In this document: positions 22,270 to 31,320 of the stretch, piece by piece
Position numbering within the stretch: position 1 is the first letter of the stretch
Layout: the number at the start of each line of letters is the position of its first letter
NCBI GenBank assembly: GCA_963805945.1
Contig: CAWDVP010000004.1
Location: 1-64,000, forward strand
DNA length: 64,000 nucleotides
Direction of reading: 5' to 3'
Source: Vulcanimicrobiota bacterium
GTDB lineage: Bacteria > Vulcanimicrobiota > Vulcanimicrobiia > Eremiobacterales > Eremiobacteraceae
Position numbers and translations under genes: made by a program
Notes under the pieces: model-generated
The model's database searches: none
Told to the model about the DNA's origin: nothing
What the model saw: only the letters and a program-made list of their open reading frames with translations

Positions 22270-23469
22270 TTAGCCCTCGTGCTCGAGGTGCGGCGCGAAT
22301 CTGGCCTCGAGCGGACCCGTGACGCGCGGGTCGCCGACGCGGTCGAGCACGTCTTGGAAGAAGCCCTCGACGATGAGCCGCGAAGCGGCGGCGCGGTCGA
22401 TGCCGCGCGTGTTGAGATAGAACAGCTGCTCCGCGTCGATCGGTCCGACCGTGGCGCCGTGCGTGCAGCGCACGTCGTCGGCTTGGATCTCGAGCATCGG
22501 CTCGGTGTCGGCGCGCGCGCCTTCGGCGAGCAGCACGTTGCGATTCGCCTGGTAGGCGTTGCTGCGCTGCGCGCCGCGCTCGATGATGATGACGCCGGTG
22601 TAGATCGAATGCGCGTGGCCGTCGAGCGCGCTCTTGAAGAGCAGGTCGCTATGCGTGTCGGTCGCGCGATGGCCCTGCAGCGTGTGGTAGTCGAATTGCT
22701 GCGAGCGCTCGCCGTAGACCAGCCCGAGCATGTCGCTGCTCGCGCCCTGGCCGATCAGCTCGACTTCGACGTCGCTCTTGGCGAGCGCGCCGCCCGCGCC
22801 GAGGTTGAGCGTGACGAGCTTCGCGTCTTTGCCGATGCGGGCGTGCTGATGCGAGAAGACGGTCGTCTGGGGTCCGCAATCCTGGACGTGCGCGTACGTG
22901 AGGTGGCCGCCATCGGCGACCGAGACATCGGTGATGCCCGCGCTGAAACGGCCGGTCTCCCGATGCGTCTCGGTGACCGCGGCGCGCGCGTTCTTGCCGA
23001 TCGAGATGAGCAAGCGAGGATACGTGCCGCCGTCGACCTCGACGACGATCGGTGCAGAGACTTCGACGTTGTCCGGCACGTAGACGAACGCGCCGCCGAG
23101 CCACGCGGCTTCGGCGAGCGCCGAGTATTTGCCGACCGTGCGGCCACCGCGCGCCTGGACCAGCGCCTCGCGCACGATCGCCTCGTGCGAGGCAAGTGCC
23201 TCTGCGAGCGGCTTGACGACGACGCCGCGCGCCTGGTCGGCGCTTGCGGCGGTGAGCTTGAAATGCGAGATCTCGGGAGCGGGCGGAGCGAGCTCGATGC
23301 CGGCAAGGGTCAGCCGGCGCCAGCCCTCGCTGCGCTCGGTCGGCACGGGCAGCTTCTCGAAGCGTTCGAAGGCCGCCGCGCGGATCTCGCGCAGCCATGC
23401 GGGCTCGTTCGCGGACAGGGCGGTGATGTCGGCGGCGTCGAGCGCCGATTTGGTGAGCGTGTCTGCCAA
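22270..23469 (-). CDS. sufD: Fe-S assembly protein SufD
   Basis: EGWRR, LEIQADDVRCTHGATVG; operon position. Confidence 0.93.
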   Translation of the reverse strand: MADTLTKSALDAADITALSANEPAWLREIRAAAFERFEKLPVPTERSEGWRRLTLAGIELAPPAPEISHFKLTAASADQARGVVVKPLAEALASHEAIVREALVQARGGRTVGKYSALAEAAWLGGAFVYVPDNVEVSAPIVVEVDGGTYPRLLISIGKNARAAVTETHRETGRFSAGITDVSVADGGHLTYAHVQDCGPQTTVFSHQHARIGKDAKLVTLNLGAGGALAKSDVEVELIGQGASSDMLGLVYGERSQQFDYHTLQGHRATDTHSDLLFKSALDGHAHSIYTGVIIIERGAQRSNAYQANRNVLLAEGARADTEPMLEIQADDVRCTHGATVGPIDAEQLFYLNTRGIDRAAASRLIVEGFFQDVLDRVGDPRVTGPLEARFAPHLEHEG

Positions 23470-23478
23470 GGCTATCGT

Positions 23479-24896
23479 CTACCCGATGGAGCCTTCCATC
23501 TCGAGCGCGATGAGCCGGTTCAGCTCGACCGCGTACTCCATGGGCAGCTCCTTGATGAAGGGCTCGAAGAAGCCGTTGACGATCATCGTCGTCGCTTCGA
23601 CCTCGGTGAGGCCGCGGCTCATGACGTAGAACAGCTGCTCCTCGCCGACCTTCGAGACGGTGGCCTCGTGCTCGATGCGCACGTCCTTGCGCGTCGATCT
23701 CCATGGTGGGATAGGTGTCGGAGCGCGACTCCTCGTCCATGAGCAGCGCGTCGCAGCGCACGTTGGACTTGCACGCCGTGGCAGCCTTCGTACACCTTGA
23801 TGAGGCCGCGGTAGCTGGTGCGGCCGCCGGCCTTGCTCACCGACTTGCTGGTGATGATCGAGGTCGTGTTCGGCGCGGCATGGATCATCTTCGCGCCGGC
23901 GTCCTGATGCTGGCCTTCGCTCGCATACGCGATCGAGAGCACCTCGCCGCGCGCGCCTTCGCCCACCAGGTACACGGAAGGATACTTCATGGTGAGCTTG
24001 GAGCCGATGTTGCCGTCCACCCACTCGACGTGCGCGTTCTTGTGCGCCATCGCGCGCTTCGTCACCAGGTTGTAGATGTTCTTATACCAGTTCTGGATGG
24101 TGGTGTAGCGGATGTGCGCGCCTTCCTTGGCGATGAGCTCCACCACGGCCGAGTGCAGCGAATTGCTCGAGTACGTCGGCGCGGTGCACCCTTCGATGTA
24201 GTGCACGAACGAGCCGGGCTCGGCGATGATGAGGGTGCGCTCGAACTGGCCCATGTTCTCGGCGTTGATGCGGAAGTAGGCCTGCAGCGGGATGTCGACC
24301 TGGACGCCCGGCGGCACCCAGATGAACGAGCCGCCCGACCACACCGCCGAGTTGAGCGCGGAGAACTTGTTGTCGGCCGGCGGGATCACGGTCGCGAAAT
24401 GCTCGCGCACGATGTCCTCGTGCTCGCGCAGCGCGGTGTCCATGTCGCCGAACAGGACGCCCTTGGCCTCGAGGTCCTTGCGGATGCTGTGATAGACGAC
24501 TTCCGAGTCGTACTGCGCGGTGACGCCGCCCAGGAACTTGCGCTCCGCTTCCGGGATGCCGAGCCGGTCGAAGGTGCGCTTGATGTCCTCGGGCACGTCG
24601 TCCCACGTCTTGCCTTCGCCGCGGTCGGATGCGCGCATATAATAGAAGATGTCCGCGAAGTCGATCGCCTCGAGCACTTCGTTCTTGGCCCACGCCGGGA
24701 ACGGCTTGGCGAGGAAGATGTCGAGCGACTTGTGGCGGAAATCGCGCATCCACTGCGGCTCGTTCTTCATCTGCGAGATCTGCTCGACGATGTCGTGGTC
24801 GATGCCCTTGCGCGACTTGAAGCTATAACTAGCGGTCTGGTCGTGGAAACCGTACTTATAGTCTTTGTCGACGAGCTGCTGCTGTTCGAGCGCCAT
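23479..24896 (-). CDS. sufB: Fe-S assembly protein SufB (frameshifted near the 3' end)
   Basis: [40 protein letters not shown]. Confidence 0.96.
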
Positions 24897-24910
24897 TTTG
24901 TTTCTTGCCT

Positions 24911-25673
24911 TTACGCCGGTGCGAGTTCTTTGATGATCGGATCGTAGCCGGATGCCTCGAGCTCGTGCGCGAGCTCCGGGCCGCCCTCTTTGACGATGCG
25001 GCCTTTGACGAGCACGTGGACGACGTCGGGCTTGACGTAGTTCAAGATGCGCTGGTAATGCGTGATGAGCAGGATCGAATGTTCCGGCGAGCGCTGCGCC
25101 TCGATGCCCTCGGCGATGATGCGCAAGCGCGTCGATGTCGAGCCCCGAGTCGGTCTCGTCGAGGATCGCGAGCGTCGGCTGGAGCACGAGCATCTGCAGC
25201 ATCTCGAGCCGCTTCTTCTCGCCGCCCGAGAAACCGTCGTTGACGTAGCGGCCCAGCGTCTTGGGCTCCATCTTGAGCTTGGCGGCCGCGTTGTCGAGCA
25301 GGCCCTTGAACTTGGCCGGCGTCAGCGGCGCATCGCCCTTGTGGCGCGCCATGAGCGTGTTGCGCATGAAATTGGCGACGCTCACGCCCGGCACGGCGGA
25401 CGGGTACTGGAAGGCCAGGAACATGCCGGCCAGCGAGCGCTCGTTGGGCGGCAGTTCGAGGATGCTCTTGCCCTGGAAGAAGATGTCGCCCTTGGTGACC
25501 GTGTACTTCGGATGCCCCATCAGGACGAGCGAGAGGGTGCTCTTGCCCGAGCCGTTCGGGCCCATGAGGGCGTGGACGGTGCCCCGCTCGATCTGCAGGT
25601 CGATCCCGCGGATGATCTCGTTGTCGCCGACCTTGACGTGCAGGTCGCGGATGTCCAGGATGATGTCTGCCAT
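24911..25673 (-). CDS. sufC: Fe-S assembly ATPase SufC (one frameshift)
   Basis: [38 protein letters not shown]. Confidence 0.96.
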
Positions 25674-25692
25674 GGTCCCTCGTGCCGACGCT

Positions 25693-25718
25693 GTGGAGCG
25701 GTCGAATTCATTCGACCG
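25693..25718 (+). repeat. REP family B in the suf operon leader
   Basis: GTGGAG-CGGTCGAA-TTCA-TTCGACCG. Confidence 0.8.
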
Positions 25719-25741
25719 TTAGACGGTCTTGTTACCCTATT

Positions 25742-25770
25742 ATTGTAGGCGTCCCGCCCTAGATAGTCAA
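25742..25770 (-). promoter_or_regulatory. Sigma70 promoter of the suf operon
   Basis: Minus strand TTGACT-N17-TACAAT. Confidence 0.75.
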
Positions 25771-25778
25771 GAATACTG

Positions 25779-25807
25779 TTGAAAATCTTGGATTAGTGGT
25801 TTATACT
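25779..25807 (+). promoter_or_regulatory. Sigma70 promoter of the sufR-like gene
   Basis: TTGAAA-N17-TATACT. Confidence 0.75.
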
Positions 25808-25835
25808 TACAGCACAGGGAAACCTGGCCACAAAC

Positions 25836-26475
25836 ATGCGTGAAGCAAGCTTTTTCCAATCGACCCGCGGTAGGATCGTCGAATCGCTCCAACGCCGCGG
25901 AGAGCAGACCGTAGCCGAACTGGCGGGCCAGTACGGCCTGACTCCCAATGCCGTCCGGCAGCATCTGGGCCGGCTCGAGCGCGACGGCCTGGTCGAGGAA
26001 GCCGCCCAGCGGCGCGGCCGCACCAAACCCAGCTCGGTCTTCTCCTTGACCCCCGACGGCCGGCGCCTATTCCCGCAGCGCTACAGCACGCTGCTCAAGG
26101 CCGTGCTCGAAGAGATCACCGAGACGCAAGGGTCCGAGAAGGTCGCAGAATTGATGCACGGCATCGGCAAGCGTTCCGCCCGGAAGTACGCCGCCCGCTT
26201 CGAGGGGAAGAACCCGCAAGAGCGGGTCGCCGAGCTGACCTCGATCCTGCGCGAGCAGGGCGTCGTGGCGGACTACGAGGCGAGCAGGCGACGGTTTCGT
26301 GCTGCGCGAGCACACCTGCCCGTTCCGCGACACGGTCGCGACGCACCCGGAAGTCTGCTCGGTCGTGCACACGCTCATGGAAGAAGTCTTGCCCGCGAAA
26401 GCGGAGCAGCGCAGCTCGATCGCCCGCGGCGACGAGGTGTGCGAATTCTCGATCCCCGGCGCCGGAGGCAAATGA
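25836..26475 (+). CDS. SufR-like winged-HTH transcriptional regulator (one frameshift)
   Basis: HTH AVRQHLGRLERDGLV, FPQRY, C-terminal HTCP...VC...C ligands in the shifted frame; divergent from suf. Confidence 0.85.
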
Positions 26476-26882
26476 TGGATTTTCCCAAGTTCCAAGAGCT
26501 GGTCACCAATCGCACCGGGTTCGCGCAGATGCCCGATCCGACCGCGACCGGCGAGTACTTCTCCGACTCGTGCGGCGACATGTACACCTTCTATCTGAAG
26601 GTCGGCGAGGGCGAGCGCATCGACGACATCTCCTATTTCACCACCGGCTGCGGCTTCGGCGTGGCGACCTGCGCCATCCTCACCGAACTGGCCAAGGGCA
26701 AGACCATCGAGGAAGCCGCCCGCATCACGCCGGCCGACATCGAGGCGTACCTGGGCGGGTATCCTGAAAGAAAGAAAGACTATCCCGAGCGCGTCCTCGA
26801 GACGCTGCGCATCACGATCGAGAACTATCGCAAGGGCACCCAGACGACCACGGCGGCGGAGGCCTTCTCCAAGATCAGCTGA
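26472..26882 (+). CDS. IscU/NifU-N-like scaffold protein, atypical ligand set
   Basis: GGAGG Shine-Dalgarno; SCGDMYTFYLK, FTTGCGFGVATC. Confidence 0.85.
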   Translation: MMDFPKFQELVTNRTGFAQMPDPTATGEYFSDSCGDMYTFYLKVGEGERIDDISYFTTGCGFGVATCAILTELAKGKTIEEAARITPADIEAYLGGYPERKKDYPERVLETLRITIENYRKGTQTTTAAEAFSKIS

Positions 26883-27026
26883 GCCTGAGGTTTTCCTGGG
26901 AACGGGGCGCTGCGACGCTAGTCGCATCAGTCTTTAATCTGGCTTTCACCTCGCTCTCGTAACATATACAGACAGCCGCCGTATACTAGCTGTACGACGC
27001 CTCACATCGTGGCGCGAAAAAATGAT

Positions 27027-27401
27027 ATGAAGAACGCAACATCGCTCACCTCACGGCGCTCCACGCCGCCCGCGGATACCATCTCGGTAGGCCGCCGGCT
27101 CGACGCGTCTGCCGCCAAGGGCCTCACGCGCGGCATCGTCCGGCTGATCCAGGCCGGCGCGCGCGCGCTGACGATCGACATGTCGGGCCTCGAGAGCGCT
27201 GATTCCGGCGGCTTCGGCGCGCTGATCAGCGCGCTGCGCAAGGTCGAGGAGGCAGGCGCTCGCGCTGTCATCGTCTGCGCCAACCCCGCGATCAAGAAGA
27301 TGTTCGAAGTCGCGTCGGTCAGCCGGCTCGCACCTGTGGTGGTGCGGCTCGGCGATGCGCGCGCGATCCACGCGACCTTCGCGAGCGGCTTAGCCTCGTA
27401 A
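27027..27401 (+). CDS. STAS-domain anti-sigma factor antagonist
   Basis: IDMSGLESADSGGFGALI. Confidence 0.8.
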   Translation: MKNATSLTSRRSTPPADTISVGRRLDASAAKGLTRGIVRLIQAGARALTIDMSGLESADSGGFGALISALRKVEEAGARAVIVCANPAIKKMFEVASVSRLAPVVVRLGDARAIHATFASGLAS

Positions 27402-27415
27402 CATTCCAAGGATAT

Positions 27416-27544
27416 GTAGGGCCGATCTTCGATCGGTCCTTCGCATATGTAGGGGCCGATCTTTAGATCGGCCCTTCGCATGTAGGGGCCGATCTTTAGA
27501 TCGGCCCTTCATTTTGGTGGGGCGACCTAAAGGTCGCCCCCTAC
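27416..27544. repeat. REP-A cluster: three tandem copies plus one inverted copy
   Basis: GTAG at 27416, 27449, 27482 (33-bp period); inverted copy ends with CTAC at 27544. Confidence 0.92.
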
Positions 27545-27946
27545 ATCCTTGTATGTCGGCCCAGCGATCATCGGCGCGCCCGCGTAGAAATCTCGTAGGG
27601 CTTCTTCGACCGTCAGCTCGTAGGCGGCGTGCTCGGCGTCCGGCGACGGCAGCGCCTTGACCGCGCCGCGCAGCGAATACGCCGCGGCATCCAACACGCA
27701 CCACAGCAGCGCGCTCGAGCCGCGACGGAGATTCCGCTCCGTGCTCGTGCCCGCGCGCACGGCGATCGCGACGCGCCGTTCGTCGATCGCCTTGATCTCG
27801 GTCGGCGCGAGCACCGCGACGCGCGGCCGCCCGTCCTCATCGACGGTGACGAGCAGGTGCGCGCGCACGGGCTCGCCGGCCGGCGTCTCGACGCCCATCT
27901 CGAAGCGCAGCGGCGGCGGGATCCTGTCGCCTGCGTTCTCCGACAT
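27527..27946 (-). CDS. Pyridoxamine 5'-phosphate oxidase-like (split-barrel) protein
   Basis: LVTVDEDGRP, TERNLRR. Confidence 0.7.
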   Translation of the reverse strand: MSENAGDRIPPPLRFEMGVETPAGEPVRAHLLVTVDEDGRPRVAVLAPTEIKAIDERRVAIAVRAGTSTERNLRRGSSALLWCVLDAAAYSLRGAVKALPSPDAEHAAYELTVEEALRDFYAGAPMIAGPTYKDVGGDL

Positions 27947-28581
27947 CAGCGGCCCACCAAGAACTGGTTCGTCGCGCGCTCGACGCCGATCGTCGTGCGT
28001 GGACCGTGTCCGGGCAGCACGATCGAGTCGTCCGGCAGCGTGAGCAGCGAGGTACGGATCGAGCGCAGGATCTGCTCCATCGAGCCGCCCCACAGATCGG
28101 TGCGGCCGATGCTCCCCGCGAACAGCGTGTCGCCCGCGAAGATCAGCGGCACGTCGTGCGGCGCGACGAACGACACGCTGCCCGGCGAGTGGCCGGGCGT
28201 GTGGAGCACGCCGATCTTCTCTTTGCCGAATTCGAGCGACTCGCCGCCGGTGAGATGCCGGTCGATCGTCGTGATCTGCGGCGCGGGCACGCCGAGCCAC
28301 TGCGCCTGCAGCGCGATGTTCTCGTACATCTCCATATCGCCCTCATGCAGCATCGCCGGCGCGCCGGTGAGCGCTTTGAGCTTGGCGATGCCGCCGACAT
28401 GATCGATGTGCCCGTGCGTGGCGACGATGGCGGAAACGGTGAGCCCGTGCTTCTCGAGCAACGCGGTGACCTTCTCGATCTCGTCGCCCGGATCGATGAC
28501 GATCGCCTTTTTGGTGGCCTCGTCGCCGAGGATGATGCAGTTGCACATGAGGGCGCCCACCGGCACGCTCGCGAGGATCAC
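27946..28581 (-). CDS. MBL-fold hydrolase, glyoxalase II-like
   Basis: THGHIDH, HTPGHSPGS, GDTLFAGSIGRTDL, PGHG. Confidence 0.92.
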   Translation of the reverse strand: MILASVPVGALMCNCIILGDEATKKAIVIDPGDEIEKVTALLEKHGLTVSAIVATHGHIDHVGGIAKLKALTGAPAMLHEGDMEMYENIALQAQWLGVPAPQITTIDRHLTGGESLEFGKEKIGVLHTPGHSPGSVSFVAPHDVPLIFAGDTLFAGSIGRTDLWGGSMEQILRSIRTSLLTLPDDSIVLPGHGPRTTIGVERATNQFLVGR

Positions 28582-28979
28582 GGCGCCCTTTTCCCTTTGG
28601 CGAGCGCCTTGGCCAGAAACGGCCTGGTCTCGACGATGAAGCGCTCGTGGGTGCCGGCGAAGCACGGCTCGACTTCGTCGTGCGCCTCGACGTCGAAGAT
28701 CAGCCGGCGGCGATCGATGTCTTTGAGCGTCGCGCGCACGTGGAAACGCATGCCCGCCGGCGTCGCCGTGAGGTGCCGCACGTCGAGCCTGATGCCGACG
28801 GTCGACTCGCCTGCGGCGAGATACGGCGCTACCAGGCGGACGCATTCGGCCTCCGCGAGGCGCACGAGGTGCGGGGTTGCGAGCACCGGCACGCCGGGGT
28901 TGCCGTAGCGGTCCGCGAGCCGCTCCTCGGTCGCGATGTAATCGGTGGTCGACGAGAGTCCGATCTTGAGTTGATGCAT
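28578..28979 (-). CDS. Hot-dog thioesterase, FlK-like
   Basis: VLATP..V..AE, TVG..LDVRHL.ATP.G, GTHERFIV. Confidence 0.88.
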   Translation of the reverse strand: MHQLKIGLSSTTDYIATEERLADRYGNPGVPVLATPHLVRLAEAECVRLVAPYLAAGESTVGIRLDVRHLTATPAGMRFHVRATLKDIDRRRLIFDVEAHDEVEPCFAGTHERFIVETRPFLAKALAKGKRAP

Positions 28980-29036
28980 GGCGGGTGTGCGGGCTTCGGA
29001 TGAGATACGCGTTGTCCTGTCAAAAACGAGCGCATC

Positions 29037-30152
29037 GTGCAGTCATCCGAGATCGGGAGCGGCGCGACGGGCGCCGAGCTCGATCAGCGCATCCGCCGCT
29101 TCGTCGCCCGCAGCGATTCCAACGAGTTGGCGTTCGACCGGCTCGCGCTGGACCTCTTCGCCTACCAGTATGCGTCGGGCGACGTGTACCGCCGGTATTG
29201 CGATCGTCTGGGGCGCACGCCGGCGGACGTCCGGCATTGGGCCCAGGCGCCCGCATTGCCGACCTCGGTGTTCGCGCGCGCTCGGATCGCCTGCTTCCCG
29301 CCGGAGCGGACGCGTTTCACCTTTCTCTCCAGCGGCACGACACGCGCGACGCGCTCGCGGCTCGAGCTCGAGGACGCGGGTCTGTACGACGCCTCGTTGC
29401 TCACCCATTTCCGCGAGCGGGTGCTGCCGGATGCGACCGAGATCCAACTGGTCGCGCTCGCGCCTTCATCCGGCGATGCGCCGCACTCGTCGCTGTCGTA
29501 CATGCTATCGAAGATCAGCGACGTGTTCGGCACCGGGCGCGACCGTTTCTTCATGCGCGACGACGAGCTCGATTTCGAGGGCGCGTGCGCGGCGCTGCGC
29601 GCGGCGACGGCGCCGGTGCTCGTCATCGGCACCGCGTTCGCCTTCGTACATTTCTTCGACCGCTGCCATGCGGCGGGGCTGCGCTTCCAGCTGCCGCTCG
29701 GCAGCCGGGTCGTCGAGACAGGCGGCTTCAAAGGCAAGTCGCGCGAGATCGAGCGCGACGAGCTCTACGGCTGGTTCGCAAGCGTGCTCGGCGTGCCGCG
29801 CGTGCTGTGCCTGTCCGAATACGGCATGTGCGAGTTGGGCAGCCAGTGGTACGACGCCAACCTCGCCGACTATTTCGCCGGCCGCAGCGCGCGGACCAAC
29901 CTCAAGGTCGGACCGCACTGGGCGCGCACGCTCGTGGTGGACCCGGTGACCACGCAGCCGCTGCCCGACGGCGAGACCGGCCTGCTGCAGATCTTCGATC
30001 TGAGCAATCGCGGCTCGGTGGCGGCGATCCTGACCGGCGATCTCGCGCGCCACACCGGCGGCGGCTTCGAGCTGCTCGGCCGGGCGCCCGGCGAGCCGCC
30101 GAAGGGCTGCAGCATCGCGGTGGACGCGGCGTTGGAGCACACAGATGACTGA
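29037..30152 (+). CDS. LuxE-like acyl-protein synthetase
   Basis: FLSSGTT, ETGGFKG, SEYGMCELGSQ, TGDL, LLGR, C-terminal KGCS. Confidence 0.85.
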   Translation: MQSSEIGSGATGAELDQRIRRFVARSDSNELAFDRLALDLFAYQYASGDVYRRYCDRLGRTPADVRHWAQAPALPTSVFARARIACFPPERTRFTFLSSGTTRATRSRLELEDAGLYDASLLTHFRERVLPDATEIQLVALAPSSGDAPHSSLSYMLSKISDVFGTGRDRFFMRDDELDFEGACAALRAATAPVLVIGTAFAFVHFFDRCHAAGLRFQLPLGSRVVETGGFKGKSREIERDELYGWFASVLGVPRVLCLSEYGMCELGSQWYDANLADYFAGRSARTNLKVGPHWARTLVVDPVTTQPLPDGETGLLQIFDLSNRGSVAAILTGDLARHTGGGFELLGRAPGEPPKGCSIAVDAALEHTDD

Positions 30153-31320
30153 TGGAGCGGTCGAATTTATTCGACCGCCCGCGGGTGAGGCGCGCGCGGC
30201 ACTGATCGCGCGCGGCGCCGCGCAGTGGCGCGACTCATCTTCCGCCGTGCGGACCCACGCGCGCCGCGCGCTGGCCGGCGGCGCGTGGTCAGCACCGGCC
30301 GTCGAGGCGGCGCTGGACAACGTGCTGTGGGATCTCGATGAAACACGAGCGGCCGAGCTGGTCGCGCAGACTCCCGAGCTTCGCTCGGGCACTACAGTGC
30401 TCGTCGTGTTGCCGGGCAACATCATCGGCCCGGCCATCCAGTCCGCGTTCTGCGCGGCGGTCGCCGGCGCGCGGGCGATCCTCAAGGCGCCGAGCTCCGA
30501 GCCGGATATCGCGCGCATCGTCGCCGAGCAGTTCGCGCACCTCGGCCCACCGCTCGCGGGCAGCGTGGAGACCCGTTCGTGGGCCGGCGGCGACCTGGAT
30601 GCCGAAGCCGCGGCGCTCGCCGGCGTCGAGCGTCTCATCGTCTTCGGCGAGGATGAGACGATCCGCCAGATCAGCGCGCGCGCGGACGACGCGGTCGCGA
30701 TCATCGGCTACGGCGAATCCTACAGCATCGGCTTCGTGCCTGGGGGCTCCGATCTGGCTCAGGCAGCCGAGGCGGCGGCACGCGACGTCTGCCTTTTCGA
30801 CCAGCGCGGCTGCATGTCGCCGCAGAGCATCTATATAGAAGGCGACCGCGGCCGGTCGGTGCTGTTCGCACACGCGCTGGCGCGCGCGCTCGACGCGCTA
30901 AGCCGCATCTTGCCGTGTGCCCCGCTGCAACCCGGCGAAGCCACGCTGGTGAGCGACTTCGTCAGGCAGATGAACGCGGTCGCGATCGAGGCGCTGCCGC
31001 ATGGCCTCGACACGGTGCTGCGCGGCCCCGCACGCGACGGGGTCCCAGGGTACTGCGTCTCGGCGGAGGCCTTCGGGCAGCCGACGTGCGCCGGTTTCGG
31101 CCGCCTGGTGAGCGTCAAGCCGTGCCCGGATGCGCGCGACGTCGTCGCACAGCTCAAACATTACGGCAGAGCAGTTGAATCGATCGGCGTCGCCGCCGGC
31201 ACCACCGACAAGGATCTGACAGCGCTGCGTGCATCCGGCGCGCTGCGTCTCTGCACGCTCGGCGAAATGCAGCGGCCTCCGTTCGGCTATCGCCCGAAGA
31301 TCAGGGATTTCGAGCGATGA
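30145..31320 (+). CDS. LuxC-like acyl-CoA/acyl-protein reductase
   Basis: PGN, LKAPS, FGEDETI, catalytic FDQRGCMSPQ. Confidence 0.82.
   Translation: MTDGAVEFIRPPAGEARAALIARGAAQWRDSSSAVRTHARRALAGGAWSAPAVEAALDNVLWDLDETRAAELVAQTPELRSGTTVLVVLPGNIIGPAIQSAFCAAVAGARAILKAPSSEPDIARIVAEQFAHLGPPLAGSVETRSWAGGDLDAEAAALAGVERLIVFGEDETIRQISARADDAVAIIGYGESYSIGFVPGGSDLAQAAEAAARDVCLFDQRGCMSPQSIYIEGDRGRSVLFAHALARALDALSRILPCAPLQPGEATLVSDFVRQMNAVAIEALPHGLDTVLRGPARDGVPGYCVSAEAFGQPTCAGFGRLVSVKPCPDARDVVAQLKHYGRAVESIGVAAGTTDKDLTALRASGALRLCTLGEMQRPPFGYRPKIRDFER
30154..30178 (+). repeat. REP family B inside the 5' end of the luxC-like ORF
   Basis: GGAGCGGTCGAA-TTTA-TTCGACCGC. Confidence 0.75.

Noticed and set aside
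23619..25673. SufC-SufB fusion ORF
   Set aside because: The SufC C-terminus is in another frame (24911-25126); indel artefact.
25836..26882. SufR-IscU fusion ORF
   Set aside because: The regulator's Cys-containing C-terminus lies in a shifted frame ending at TGA 26475, and the scaffold has its own Shine-Dalgarno and ATG.
27416..27544. Possible CRISPR array (palindromic repeats at a 33-bp period)
   Set aside because: Spacers are only ~6-7 nt and near-identical, the same unit is dispersed through the window, and there are no cas genes; these are REPs.
17077..28979. Organofluorine cluster (fluoride riboswitch plus FlK-like thioesterase)
   Set aside because: The two are ~11 kb apart and separated by the suf operon; FlK-like thioesterases are widespread.
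29037..31320. Bioluminescence (lux) operon
   Set aside because: No luxA, luxB, luxD or luxG in the window.
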